This document shows positions 1-8,124 of a DNA stretch of 64,000 bases, in pieces. The position numbers and the translations under genes are program-made. Origin of the DNA: a virus (taxonomy: Duplodnaviria > Caudoviricetes); the IMG/VR virus record IMGVR_UViG_3300027415_000005, positions 2,504 to 66,503 of that record; one strand, given 5' to 3'. The notes under the pieces were generated by a model, which was not told the DNA's origin, made no database searches, and saw nothing but the letters and a program-made list of their open reading frames with translations. Every line of letters begins with the position of its first letter. The first letter of the stretch is position 1.

Positions 1-396
1 TGCGTCCAGGGAGTAGCTCATATTTATGACTAATCCCTGCTCTCTCGCTTGCCGATACGAGAAACCAGTTCCAAAATTGAACGTTTGCCCAATGAAGGAA
101 AAGGTCGGTGCGGCCTTTCCTTCGAGCGTTGTCGCCAAATTTAGTTCTGCGACGACTTGAATATCCTGTCCCGCTATGAACAGCGCCGTGAGATCATCTG
201 GTGCCTGTGCGGTGTCGATCAGTTCGCATACGATCCTGCGGATGATAGAGTCGATATTTGGCTCGACCGTATTTGGCCCTGTCCTTTCATAGGGTACGTC
301 GAATGCAGGGATAACGCTGGCGCAGCCGCCAAATCCGACAAAAAGAAAGGCGGTCGGCGCAAAGCAAGTCATCCGAGACAGAGAGAAGCGACGCAT
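1..396 (-). CDS. Lipoprotein-like hypothetical, partial (runs off the window edge; not in the ORF track)
   Basis: Manual translation from ATG 396: MRRFSLSRMTCFAPTAFLFVGFGGC-ASVIPAF...IIRRIVCEL..., open for 132 codons; lipobox-like FGGC. Confidence 0.6.
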   Translation of the reverse strand, partial: MRRFSLSRMTCFAPTAFLFVGFGGCASVIPAFDVPYERTGPNTVEPNIDSIIRRIVCELIDTAQAPDDLTALFIAGQDIQVVAELNLATTLEGKAAPTFSFIGQTFNFGTGFSYRQAREQGLVINMSYSLDA

Positions 397-401
397 TTCC
401 A

Positions 402-869
402 TCAAACCTCTGCCCAGAGAATAGTATATTTCCCGCGCCATCTAACATCGAGTGAGTACCAAACGGAAAGTCCTGCTTTTTCGCGCTTTGACATGATTGA
501 CCGTCCCGATGCCCGCTCAAAGATCATGCCCCATGCAAATGGATCTCGATTCTTGCTCGGATCAGATTTTAGATCTCTAAGGTCTTTCAATATTTCCTGA
601 TCTTGAGCGGAATCTAATAACGTATCGACCAAATCAGAATTATTTTGCGTGAATTCCATAAGTCCGGATAGCCTATTATCGGCTGACCGGCCCAGTCCAA
701 GCCCCTGGCACGATGTAGAAGCCTCCGAATTGGCTGCTTCGCTCGGTTGTGGTGCAACTGGCTTTCCTTCGGAACTCGAACTTACATTCGTTAGTGTCGT
801 TTCCCTCGATCCGAATGGCCTGAGCCATTTGAGCAATTTTTCGAGCAGATCGATGATCGCGAATATCAT
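402..869 (-). CDS. Hypothetical protein, AT-rich region
   Basis: 155-aa ORF directly upstream of and co-oriented with the lipoprotein ORF. Confidence 0.4.
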   Translation of the reverse strand: MIFAIIDLLEKLLKWLRPFGSRETTLTNVSSSSEGKPVAPQPSEAANSEASTSCQGLGLGRSADNRLSGLMEFTQNNSDLVDTLLDSAQDQEILKDLRDLKSDPSKNRDPFAWGMIFERASGRSIMSKREKAGLSVWYSLDVRWRGKYTILWAEV

Positions 870-1299
870 GCGTCTCCCCTTCTATCTTCCATAGCTATTC
901 GATAGCGAGTCGCGTCGTGCTGCAATCGCCTGCCATAAATTGATTCAGGGGGTGGTAAATGGGTCACAAGTGGTGATGTTAACCCGATTTGACAGCTCTC
1001 AAATTATTAATATAGTCCAAGCTTTTCATTCTGCCTTCAATAACGCGCATACTTAGTCGTTGTCCCTATTAATCGGAGCATATGCCAATATAATAAGAGA
1101 TAATATTGCCGATTTAGTTGCGGGGATTCGCGACAAGGTTGCCACGCAATCGCGCTCGGCTGCAATTATTTCTTGGAATACGCTCGGATTGGTAGCATGA
1201 CTCGCTGCTATACCAGCTTACAGCTCACCGTGACCCAAATACGCTTGTCGCGCGCCTGGGCCTCATGGACTCCCCAATCGGGCTGCAATAGGCCGCTGC

Positions 1300-1551
1300 A
1301 TGGCCAAGGAACCCCCGACCGTCTGCGAGCTGCGCAAGGCCGCCGAGGTCACCGACCAGGAGATCGACGCCGCGGTCGACGCCGTGCTCGCGGATCTGGC
1401 GACGGAGGCCTACCCGCTTGCGAAGGGCTGGACCCTCGACCTCGTCGAGACCATCCGCACCAACACCCGCGCGGCCGAGGCGCTCACCACTGACAAGCCG
1501 GCCTGGAAGCGGAACATGGTCCGGACCGCGATCCTGCTGGCGCAACGGTGA
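1300..1551 (+). CDS. Small hypothetical protein
   Basis: 83 aa; first of four tightly spaced co-oriented ORFs. Confidence 0.6.
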   Translation: MAKEPPTVCELRKAAEVTDQEIDAAVDAVLADLATEAYPLAKGWTLDLVETIRTNTRAAEALTTDKPAWKRNMVRTAILLAQR

Positions 1552-1555
1552 AGGG

Positions 1556-1759
1556 ATGAGCCAGTATCCCGCCCCCCTCCGCCCGGATCTCGCGATCCAG
1601 CACATGATGCGGCGCCTGGACGGGTTCGCGCGCGGGCTCGGCCTGGACGAGGCGGCTACCCGGCACATCGTCGAGCAGGTGGTGGCTGACATGGCGATGC
1701 GGTCAGATGAGGAGCGGATGGTCGAAGCGCGCCGGCGCATGATCATCGCATCGGCCTAG
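1556..1759 (+). CDS. Small hypothetical protein (MSQYPAP...)
   Basis: ATG after AAGGG; operon spacing. Confidence 0.6.
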   Translation: MSQYPAPLRPDLAIQHMMRRLDGFARGLGLDEAATRHIVEQVVADMAMRSDEERMVEARRRMIIASA

Positions 1760-1763
1760 CGGC

Positions 1764-1946
1764 ATGATCGACGACACCAACCCGGTCCTTGCAGCCGTCG
1801 CAGCGCTACGGGCGGCCGGCATCAAGGCCATCCCCACAGGCCACGACATGGAGCTCTGGCAGATCGGCGACCTGATCTACTCGGATGCCGACGTGTTACG
1901 CTTGGCCGAAAGCCGCGGGCTGGTCGACGGCGACGACGCGCGGTAG
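1764..1946 (+). CDS. Small hypothetical protein
   Basis: 60 aa; 4 nt after the previous stop. Confidence 0.55.
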   Translation: MIDDTNPVLAAVAALRAAGIKAIPTGHDMELWQIGDLIYSDADVLRLAESRGLVDGDDAR

Positions 1947-1955
1947 CTCGGCGCC

Positions 1956-2231
1956 ATGCCCAAGGCGCCATCCCCTCGAGGCGCTCGGCCGCGCCAGGAC
2001 CTCCGGCCGCGCGTTTTGGCCGCCCTCACGCCCGAGCCTTCAACCGCAAGCGAGATCGCCGAGCGTGCCGGCATCCCGGGACGGGAACGCGCTGTGCAGG
2101 CTACCCGCGCGCTGGAGCACCTGGAGGCCGAGGGACTGGCGTACAGCGTCATCCGCCGGACCCGGACGCGGTGGTGCTCCGTGGCGGTCGCTCCCGCATC
2201 CGAACGATCCGAGCGCGATCCCGCAGAGTGA
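1956..2231 (+). CDS. Winged-helix DNA-binding protein
   Basis: VLAAL..PSTASEIAERAGI...ALEHLEAEGL wHTH pattern. Confidence 0.55.
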   Translation: MPKAPSPRGARPRQDLRPRVLAALTPEPSTASEIAERAGIPGRERAVQATRALEHLEAEGLAYSVIRRTRTRWCSVAVAPASERSERDPAE

Positions 2232-2625
2232 CCTCGTGCGTCGGCCACTCCTGGCAGGCGGCCTCGAACGCTGCGAGCGCCACGGCCAGAGGGTAGATGG
2301 TGGCGAGGTGCAGCTCGATGCCGCCGCCGATCTCGCGCCAGACCTCGATCGTGTAGGGCACGCCAGGCGGCACTGGCGGGATCTTCCTGGCGGCCGGCGG
2401 CAGCGTGATCGCGGCGAGGCAGAGGTGCTCGTACTTCCGCGCGGACGGCGCCCCGGGCGCGCGCTGGTATTGGCACGAGGCCGTCAGGTGCCGCAGCAGG
2501 TCGATCGTCGAGATGTCGGCCCCGTACCGATCGACCAAGCTGGCGACCGTGTAGCGGCCCGAGCGCTTGCAGGTCGCGCAGTCGACGTACACCCGACCGG
2601 GCCCCGCATCCCCCAGGCGCCCCAT
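2149..2625 (-). CDS. Putative Zn-binding hypothetical protein with upstream LexA box
   Basis: CATCKR...C...C cysteines; perfect LexA box 21 bp upstream. Confidence 0.6.
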   Translation of the reverse strand: MGRLGDAGPGRVYVDCATCKRSGRYTVASLVDRYGADISTIDLLRHLTASCQYQRAPGAPSARKYEHLCLAAITLPPAARKIPPVPPGVPYTIEVWREIGGGIELHLATIYPLAVALAAFEAACQEWPTHEVTLRDRARIVRMRERPPRSTTASGSGG

Positions 2626-2645
2626 TCTGGTGGCCCTCCGCTCGC

Positions 2646-2660
2646 GAACGAAGACGGAAC
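2646..2660 (-). promoter_or_regulatory. Alphaproteobacterial LexA (SOS) box
   Basis: GAAC-GAAGACG-GAAC on plus = GTTC-N7-GTTC on minus; intergenic. Confidence 0.75.
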
Positions 2661-2806
2661 AAGCCTGACGCGGCGGCGCGCATCAACCGGCGGCGGTCGA
2701 GGCGCGTGTGATCGTGGTGGACCGGTGTGGATAGCGTTCAAGAATGCGAGGCGCTACCAGCACTTCCGCCGCCCGATCTTAGGCGGTCAGAGCGGAGTGA
2801 AGGTCG

Positions 2807-3106
2807 GTGTCCAATCACATCTCGCGCTCACACCGACCACCGCTGCCGGTTCATTCTCGCAACCCGCGCCGAGCCTACGACGTCGACGGCTTTGAGATCA
2901 CGCCGATGACGTTCCAGCAGGCAATGGACAAAGGGGTGCGAGCCGTCCGGGTGATCTGTGACTGCGGTCACGTTGAAGAGACGCCGATTTACGTTGGGGC
3001 TTGGCCGTCCACGAGCTTCGTGCCCGACGCCGGTATGACACTTCGGTGCAGCGCCTGCTCGAAGCCTGACCCGCAGACAGAGCCCGCGTGGCCCAGCGCC
3101 GACTAA
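2807..3106 (+). CDS. Small Zn-ribbon-like hypothetical (start may be ATG 2906)
   Basis: CDCGH and CSAC motifs. Confidence 0.55.
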   Translation: MSNHISRSHRPPLPVHSRNPRRAYDVDGFEITPMTFQQAMDKGVRAVRVICDCGHVEETPIYVGAWPSTSFVPDAGMTLRCSACSKPDPQTEPAWPSAD

Positions 3107-3300
3107 AGCAGGCCGCCCGACGTCGGTGCGGTCAGCGTCTTCCCGGCCCGGGTGACCAACTTCGAGAAGGCTAGCGCGGCAGCCGACGCCTGCGCCTCAG
3201 ACGGGAAGGTCCGGTCCGATTCCATCACCGTCAGATGCGAGGCGTCGAGCAGCACCCAGGTCCAGAGGTGGCGGCCGGTAGAGCGGATCTCGAAGTGCAT
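3103..3300 (-). CDS. YegP/DUF1508-like small protein
   Basis: FEIRSTGRHLWTWVL...ESDRTFPSEAQA pattern. Confidence 0.5.
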   Translation of the reverse strand: MHFEIRSTGRHLWTWVLLDASHLTVMESDRTFPSEAQASAAALAFSKLVTRAGKTLTAPTSGGLL

Positions 3301-3440
3301 GACTGGCTCGGTATGCGATTGGACATACCCGCATGATGCGCTGCGAAAAGTCCTGCGGCGTTAATAGCTTGCCCGGCGCAACATCCTGCGCCGGCTCACA
3401 TCGCGGTTGCCCCCGACATCCTCGCAGATCACAGTCGAGA

Positions 3441-3815
3441 TCAGCCGCGCCCCTTGGCCGCGTACTCCCAGACCGGCGGCCCCCAGGTCTGCCCGGGCTT
3501 CGTCCGGTAGCCGCTGAACCGGTCGAACACGATCCGGTCCGGCTCGACGCCGACGGCCTTGCTGTCGTTGACCATCAGCGCGCCGGCATACTCGCCCCGT
3601 AGGAAGCCGTGCTCTGGATGTACGCCGAAGAGCTGCTCCGCGGTCCAGCCGAGCCGGTGCGCCTCGGCGCCGAACTGGTCGATGAAGGCCAGCGCGTTCG
3701 CGCGCATCGCCGCCCAGCGCGTTGGGGTCAGGTAGCGGCACGGCGAGGCGTGCTCGGACAGGCGCTCGATCTGGTCGCGCCAAGAGGCGACGGCGGGTGG
3801 GAGGTCGGACATCAC
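3441..3815 (-). CDS. Hypothetical phage protein
   Basis: 124 aa with plausible composition (LGWTAEQLFG). Confidence 0.55.
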   Translation of the reverse strand: MMSDLPPAVASWRDQIERLSEHASPCRYLTPTRWAAMRANALAFIDQFGAEAHRLGWTAEQLFGVHPEHGFLRGEYAGALMVNDSKAVGVEPDRIVFDRFSGYRTKPGQTWGPPVWEYAAKGRG

Positions 3816-3988
3816 CGATGCAGTATGGATATAGGCTTAACAAAGTGAGCAGAACGGTGGGGAGACCTGGCCACGCGGTGGCTCTGAAGATAGCCCTTCG
3901 TATACGACGGTGAAATAATCATGCCTTGCAATCCCCGGCAGGCTATCTGAAAAGCTTGTTTTGCGCTGGAAGAAAGCGGGCGTTGTTA

Positions 3989-4795
3989 ATGTCGCTCAAT
4001 GATATAGTTCGTAGCCAAGCCATAGGTTTCGGCCTTGCCGTGTTTGGAGCCCTAGGCGTCTTATATGGTTTTTACGCCGGAGAGTCAGCAAAACAATACG
4101 GTCTTATAAGATACAAACTCGTCTCGCAAATCACGTATGAACCAATATTTATTAAGAACTTCAACGAGACAGTCGCGTCTCCAAAAATCGACAATACTAA
4201 AAAACTATTTGTATCGGAAATAACTTTGTGGAACGCTGGAAATCAATCATTTGAGCCAAGGGATATAAGATCTCCAGTAGAAATCACGGGAGACAGCACG
4301 TTCAATATCATCGACGCTGTCATAATAAACTCCAAGTCCGCTACCGATAACAACTTTAATATTTCATCCAAAAACAATACAAAAATCATGCTAGACTGGA
4401 AGATCTTTGACCCTGAGGAAGGGTTCAAAATTGCAATATTGCACAACGGAGATCCGGAGGCGGTATCGGTGACAGGTAAGTTCGGGCCTGGCCGGAGTAT
4501 AGGTGTGACGCCGCCTCATCCATACCTACCCATAATTACGATCTTCTTCGGTTTTGCTATGCTCCTTTTATATTTCAAATTTATCGGAAATAAAGCCATT
4601 TCGTGGTCTGAGAAAAGATTTTCTGGATTTCAAAATTTTATCGCGTTCATGACCATATTTGTCACGGGTCTATTATTCGCTGGCGCAGTTGCTTTTGGTG
4701 CACTTGCATTCATAATATATTACAATGGTGAGGTTGCGCCAATAAATGACAAAATGGAGACGAGAATTGGCAACGGCGTGACTACACATTTCTGA
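3989..4795 (+). CDS. AT-rich membrane protein (moron)
   Basis: N-terminal TM, beta-rich soluble domain, two C-terminal TMs; visibly lower GC than flanks. Confidence 0.75.
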   Translation: MSLNDIVRSQAIGFGLAVFGALGVLYGFYAGESAKQYGLIRYKLVSQITYEPIFIKNFNETVASPKIDNTKKLFVSEITLWNAGNQSFEPRDIRSPVEITGDSTFNIIDAVIINSKSATDNNFNISSKNNTKIMLDWKIFDPEEGFKIAILHNGDPEAVSVTGKFGPGRSIGVTPPHPYLPIITIFFGFAMLLLYFKFIGNKAISWSEKRFSGFQNFIAFMTIFVTGLLFAGAVAFGALAFIIYYNGEVAPINDKMETRIGNGVTTHF

Positions 4796-5056
4796 TTTTG
4801 ATCACGTTTCCGGCATGAGAAATGGGCGCCCCGGCCTAAGCCAGGGCGCCGAGAACGGCCTGAAGGTATGAAGTCGCTGGTGCTGTGGCCGCTCGGCCCC
4901 GCCCCGATCTGCTCACGGGGCGGGGGAGCGCCTGATCTCACCAGCGTGTGAGCCGAGCCGGTACGCAACTTGGCTCGGGGGCAGGTGGGCCGGTGGCGGC
5001 TACCGCGCCGTGCCCACACCGGCGGGCAAGCCGTCCCTCGCCGTGATTCCAGGAAC

Positions 5057-5087
5057 GAAAAGGCCCGCGCCGGCGGACCGAGCGGGC
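5057..5087 (-). terminator. Intrinsic terminator-like hairpin
   Basis: GAAAA-G-GCCCGC...GCGGGC on plus (hairpin then TTTTC on minus). Confidence 0.55.
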
Positions 5088-5246
5088 ATTTCCAGATCCG
5101 CGCCAGTGGGGGCGAGCGCTTGAATCGAGCCGGATGCTGGCTCAATGCCGAGCCAAGAGCACCACGTGTAGCACCGCACAGTCGACATGGTTACCGGCGA
5201 TTAACCGACGCCCTTCAGCTTCAGCGTGTCCACCACGGGAAGGTAC

Positions 5247-5570
5247 ATGCCGAAGCATATCACTCTTGCGATCCCTCACGATCTCGGCGCCATGGAAGTG
5301 CGGCGGCGGCTTGATCGGCAAACCGATTGGGCTCTTCGGCGCCTCAAGAAGGAAAACATCTCCGTCGAGATGACGGAGTGGTCTGAAGGCGGACGGACTT
5401 TTATCGCGCGCGCACTAGGACAAGACGTCAGCGGCAATTTCGTTGTCGCCGACGACAGCTTATGGCTTGAAGCCAAGATGCCTTGGGCCATCGGGGTGTT
5501 TGCACCGGCAATCGAGGCGGTGGCCAAACATTATGCGGCGCGCCTTCTCGCCCCTGAGGGTTCCGCCTGA
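5247..5570 (+). CDS. Polyhydroxyalkanoic-acid-system (PHA_gran_rgn-like) protein
   Basis: ITLAIPHDLGAMEVRRRL...WSEG..TF...GQDVSG...V.DD.LWLEAKMPW pattern. Confidence 0.6.
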   Translation: MPKHITLAIPHDLGAMEVRRRLDRQTDWALRRLKKENISVEMTEWSEGGRTFIARALGQDVSGNFVVADDSLWLEAKMPWAIGVFAPAIEAVAKHYAARLLAPEGSA

Positions 5571-5573
5571 CGT

Positions 5574-5602
5574 GAAAATGCCCGCCTCAGCGTTGGGCGG
5601 GC
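5574..5602 (-). terminator. Intrinsic terminator-like hairpin between convergent genes
   Basis: GAAAAT-GCCCGCC...GGCGGGC. Confidence 0.65.
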
Positions 5603-5618
5603 GACTACAGGCACGACC

Positions 5619-5753
5619 TCAAATGAGGTAGACCGTACCGGTGGTCTTGAAGGCCTTCGGGCAGTTGCTCTCGTCGACCAGCTTTTGAGCCTCGGCGAGG
5701 GTCAGGTGCCTATCGGCAGCCACCTCGGCCAGGGTCATCCACTTGCTCTGCAT
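5619..5753 (-). CDS. 44-aa small protein MQSKWMTLAEVAADRHLTLAEAQKLVDESNCPKAFKTTGTVYLI (not in the ORF track)
   Basis: AGGAG Shine-Dalgarno upstream; followed by a terminator-like hairpin. Confidence 0.7.
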   Translation of the reverse strand: MQSKWMTLAEVAADRHLTLAEAQKLVDESNCPKAFKTTGTVYLI

Positions 5754-5802
5754 CTTGCGCTCCTACTTTCGCGGTCAACGCAAAGGCCCGGGAATCGTTC
5801 AC

Positions 5803-5900
5803 GCGCACGAAAAAGGCCCGCGCGGCATTGCCGGCGGGTCTAAGTGAATCCCTCGGAGCAGTGCCGGGCCGTCGCAAACTGCGGGCTGGCACGTCCCCGA
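5803..5900 (-). repeat. Copy 1 of a 98-bp imperfect direct repeat ending (minus strand) in an intrinsic terminator
   Basis: Aligns by eye, without gaps, to 6212-6309; shared AGTGAATCCCT and CCCGC-G-CGGCA-N-TGCCG-GCGGG hairpin. Confidence 0.85.
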
Positions 5901-6037
5901 CGCTGGTCTGCTCAAGCTGGCGGATCAGGCGTGCGGATGTCCGAAGGAATAACGCCAGACCCTATTGCGGGCGGAACCGTGTCGGACAATCCTGTCTTCT
6001 GCCAGTCGACGAACGATCAACGGCGAGGGAGGCATCG

Positions 6038-6211
6038 ATGACGATTTTCCAGGTGAGGCAGAACAGCACTCGTGCGGTCCTATGGACAGGACAGGCTGAA
6101 ACAGCGGATCGAGCGCTCGAAGCGGCCGCTCAGGCCGCCGGTTACCACGGCTTTGAGGAACTGCCCGAAGCAGCGCGTGCCGATATGTCGGCTGAGGCGG
6201 TGACCGTCTGA
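6038..6211 (+). CDS. 57-aa hypothetical lying between the two repeat copies
   Basis: GGGAGG Shine-Dalgarno; MTIFQVRQ... Confidence 0.7.
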   Translation: MTIFQVRQNSTRAVLWTGQAETADRALEAAAQAAGYHGFEELPEAARADMSAEAVTV

Positions 6212-6309
6212 GCGCACAGAAATGCCCCGCGCGGCAGTGCCGGCGGGGTTGAGTGAATCCCTTGGAGGAATGCCGGATCGTCGCAAGCAGCGGGCCAGCG
6301 GTGCCCCGA
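6212..6309 (-). repeat. Copy 2 of the 98-bp imperfect direct repeat
   Basis: See 5803-5900. Confidence 0.85.
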
Positions 6310-6313
6310 ATAT

Positions 6314-6345
6314 GAAAAGGCCCGCCTCGGCTAAGCCGGGCGGGC
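6314..6345 (-). terminator. Intrinsic terminator-like hairpin
   Basis: GAAAAG-GCCCGCC...GGCGGGC. Confidence 0.6.
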
Positions 6346-6404
6346 TGAAGTGGCGGCGGCCGTCCAAGCTGCCGGTCGCGGTGCAATAGCAGACGGTCGG
6401 GCAC

Positions 6405-6436
6405 GAAAAAACCGCCGCGCCGGAGCCGGGCGGTTT
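6405..6436 (-). terminator. Probable terminator of the late/lysis transcript
   Basis: GAAAAAACCGCC...GGCGGTTT just downstream of the last lysis-region gene. Confidence 0.65.
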
Positions 6437-6492
6437 GAGAGGGTCTACGCTTAGGGTGCTGGGTAGACGCACGGGCCGCGCGGCGGTTCCGG

Positions 6493-6600
6493 TCAGTCCC
6501 GAGGCGGCTGCATTTGCTGCGCGATGCCGGCGGCAATCACGCCAATCAGCACGCCGATCCCGACGTACATCAGCGTCTCGCCGGTATGGGCCCAGAGCAT
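6493..6600 (-). CDS. 35-aa single-TM peptide
   Basis: MLWAHTGETLMYVGIGVLIGVIAAGIA...; start overlaps the upstream stop. Confidence 0.55.
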   Translation of the reverse strand: MLWAHTGETLMYVGIGVLIGVIAAGIAQQMQPPRD

Positions 6601-6980
6601 CAGCGCCTCCCTCGAGGCTGCCGGCCGTGATCGTCCTCCCATCGGTCCATCACTTCGGTGAACCGGGTCAGCGCGGCCGTCATCTGGCTGGTGTGCTGCG
6701 CCTCCTCGGAAGCGGTGTCCGCCACGATGGCCGCGGTCAGGCCGTTGATCGCCTTGGCTAGGTCCGCGAGCGCGATGCTGTCGAAAACCGCGGCGCCCGG
6801 CGTCGCCGCGACATCGCGAGCAACATCGGGCTTCAGCGCTTCGGCCGCTCGCACCTCTTTCCTGTACCCCCACCACTCCTTCATGAAGCCGGTCAGCGGG
6901 ACCAGCACCACGGCGACCGCGCCCAGCAAGGCGATGACGATTCCCGGCCACCCATCAAGCTGCTGTGCTGCTGCCGGCAC
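6600..6980 (-). CDS. Membrane protein, lysis region (holin/antiholin candidate)
   Basis: One N-terminal TM followed by a helical region. Confidence 0.65.
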   Translation of the reverse strand: MPAAAQQLDGWPGIVIALLGAVAVVLVPLTGFMKEWWGYRKEVRAAEALKPDVARDVAATPGAAVFDSIALADLAKAINGLTAAIVADTASEEAQHTSQMTAALTRFTEVMDRWEDDHGRQPRGRR

Positions 6981-7521
6981 TGGCCCTTCTCCGTTTCCTG
7001 AAGCCGAAGGTGTCTTCCGCGGCCATGTCGCCGGCCGCCCGGCCCGATGAGTGCAGCTCGGCGATCGCGAAGACGGAGTAGATGCCGGCGCTCAGCGACA
7101 GCGGCGGGAAGGCCAGGGCGAACCCCAGCGCCATGGCGAGCCAGAACAGGAAGCCGCCCAGGCAACCGAGCGTCCGGACGAACGAGGTCTCCCGGCCGCG
7201 CCTGCCGTTGATGTAGAGGGCGATGACCCGGGCGCTGCCCACCGCCAGGGCGATCCAGCCGGCGGTCGGCTCGCTGACATAGGCGGTGATGATCCGGTAC
7301 TGCGGGCCGACGAAGGTTGGCCACGGCATCAGGCAGATGAGGCCGACCACCCACATGATCACCGACAGCCAGATCTCGGCCCACCGGGTCTGGCCGTAGC
7401 GGACGGCCCGCCGAATCCGGGCGTCGATTGCGGGATCTGGGTCGTACTGTCTCATGGTGAGGATGCGGCACACGACTGGCGCGGACACGAGACGCGCCGC
7501 TGCGGGGATCTGGTAGGCCAT
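6955..7521 (-). CDS. Multi-TM membrane protein, lysis region (holin candidate)
   Basis: About four hydrophobic segments; basic C-terminus. Confidence 0.7.
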   Translation of the reverse strand: MAYQIPAAARLVSAPVVCRILTMRQYDPDPAIDARIRRAVRYGQTRWAEIWLSVIMWVVGLICLMPWPTFVGPQYRIITAYVSEPTAGWIALAVGSARVIALYINGRRGRETSFVRTLGCLGGFLFWLAMALGFALAFPPLSLSAGIYSVFAIAELHSSGRAAGDMAAEDTFGFRKRRRASAGSSTAA

Positions 7522-7576
7522 GGGTTCCTCCTCGATGCAGGCGCAATCGGGGTGAGCCCCGGGGATGGGGTGGCGA

Positions 7577-7768
7577 TCAGCGAGTCGCGCAGGCCGAGCG
7601 CCACGCGGCGTTCAGCGACCGCAGCCGGCGGCGGGTGCGCGGGTCGTCGGTCCGCGCGTACTGCACGGGCGAGGTCATCACCTGGCAGAGCCGAGCCGCC
7701 GGGACCGCCGGCGCGGCAAGGTCGCAGTGCAGGATTGCGAGCCCGAGGGCGAAGCCGATGCAGGTCAT
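7577..7768 (-). CDS. Putative o-spanin (Rz1-like)
   Basis: Short hydrophobic N-terminus with Cys, internal and terminal Cys (AWRSAC); position in the lysis cassette. Confidence 0.5.
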   Translation of the reverse strand: MTCIGFALGLAILHCDLAAPAVPAARLCQVMTSPVQYARTDDPRTRRRLRSLNAAWRSACATR

Positions 7769-8124
7769 GTCTCATCGTCCGCGGTGAGAGGTACGGTCTG
7801 CCCGGCAAGGGCATGGGTGCAGTCGCCGAGGAACTGGATCTGACCGTCGCGCACGAAGCTGTGGCAGACGCGCTCGACCTTGTGCTGAGGCCAGGGAGCG
7901 CGTCGCCATTCCGCGATGTTCTCGGGGGTGACTTCCGGCTCCCAATAGGTGCCGGACACGAGAACGGAAGGCGTGAAGGTCGGCCGCTCGTGATCGCCGT
8001 TGAAGCCCCAGCAAGGAAGCGCGCCGTCCGGCACGACGCGGACGACGTGCATCGTGCTGCAGCCTGGGCAGTGGAAGCCGAGCCGGCCGCCCTCAAGCGA
8101 GCGCAGGACGCCGATACGGGCCAT
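7765..8124 (-). CDS. DUF6527-like Cys/His protein
   Basis: FHCPGC...WGFNGD.ERPTFTPSVL...CHSFVRDGQIQFLGDCTH. Confidence 0.75.
   Translation of the reverse strand: MARIGVLRSLEGGRLGFHCPGCSTMHVVRVVPDGALPCWGFNGDHERPTFTPSVLVSGTYWEPEVTPENIAEWRRAPWPQHKVERVCHSFVRDGQIQFLGDCTHALAGQTVPLTADDET

Noticed and set aside
157-600. Plus-strand 147-aa ORF
   Set aside because: Shadow of the more credible minus-strand lipoprotein and 402-869 ORFs
1265-1275. ATGGACTCCCC resembling the att core ATGGCTCCCC
   Set aside because: Needs an insertion and the similarity does not extend
7765-8124. Possible 'ammonia monooxygenase' label sometimes attached to this family
   Set aside because: Small soluble Cys/His protein with no AMO features
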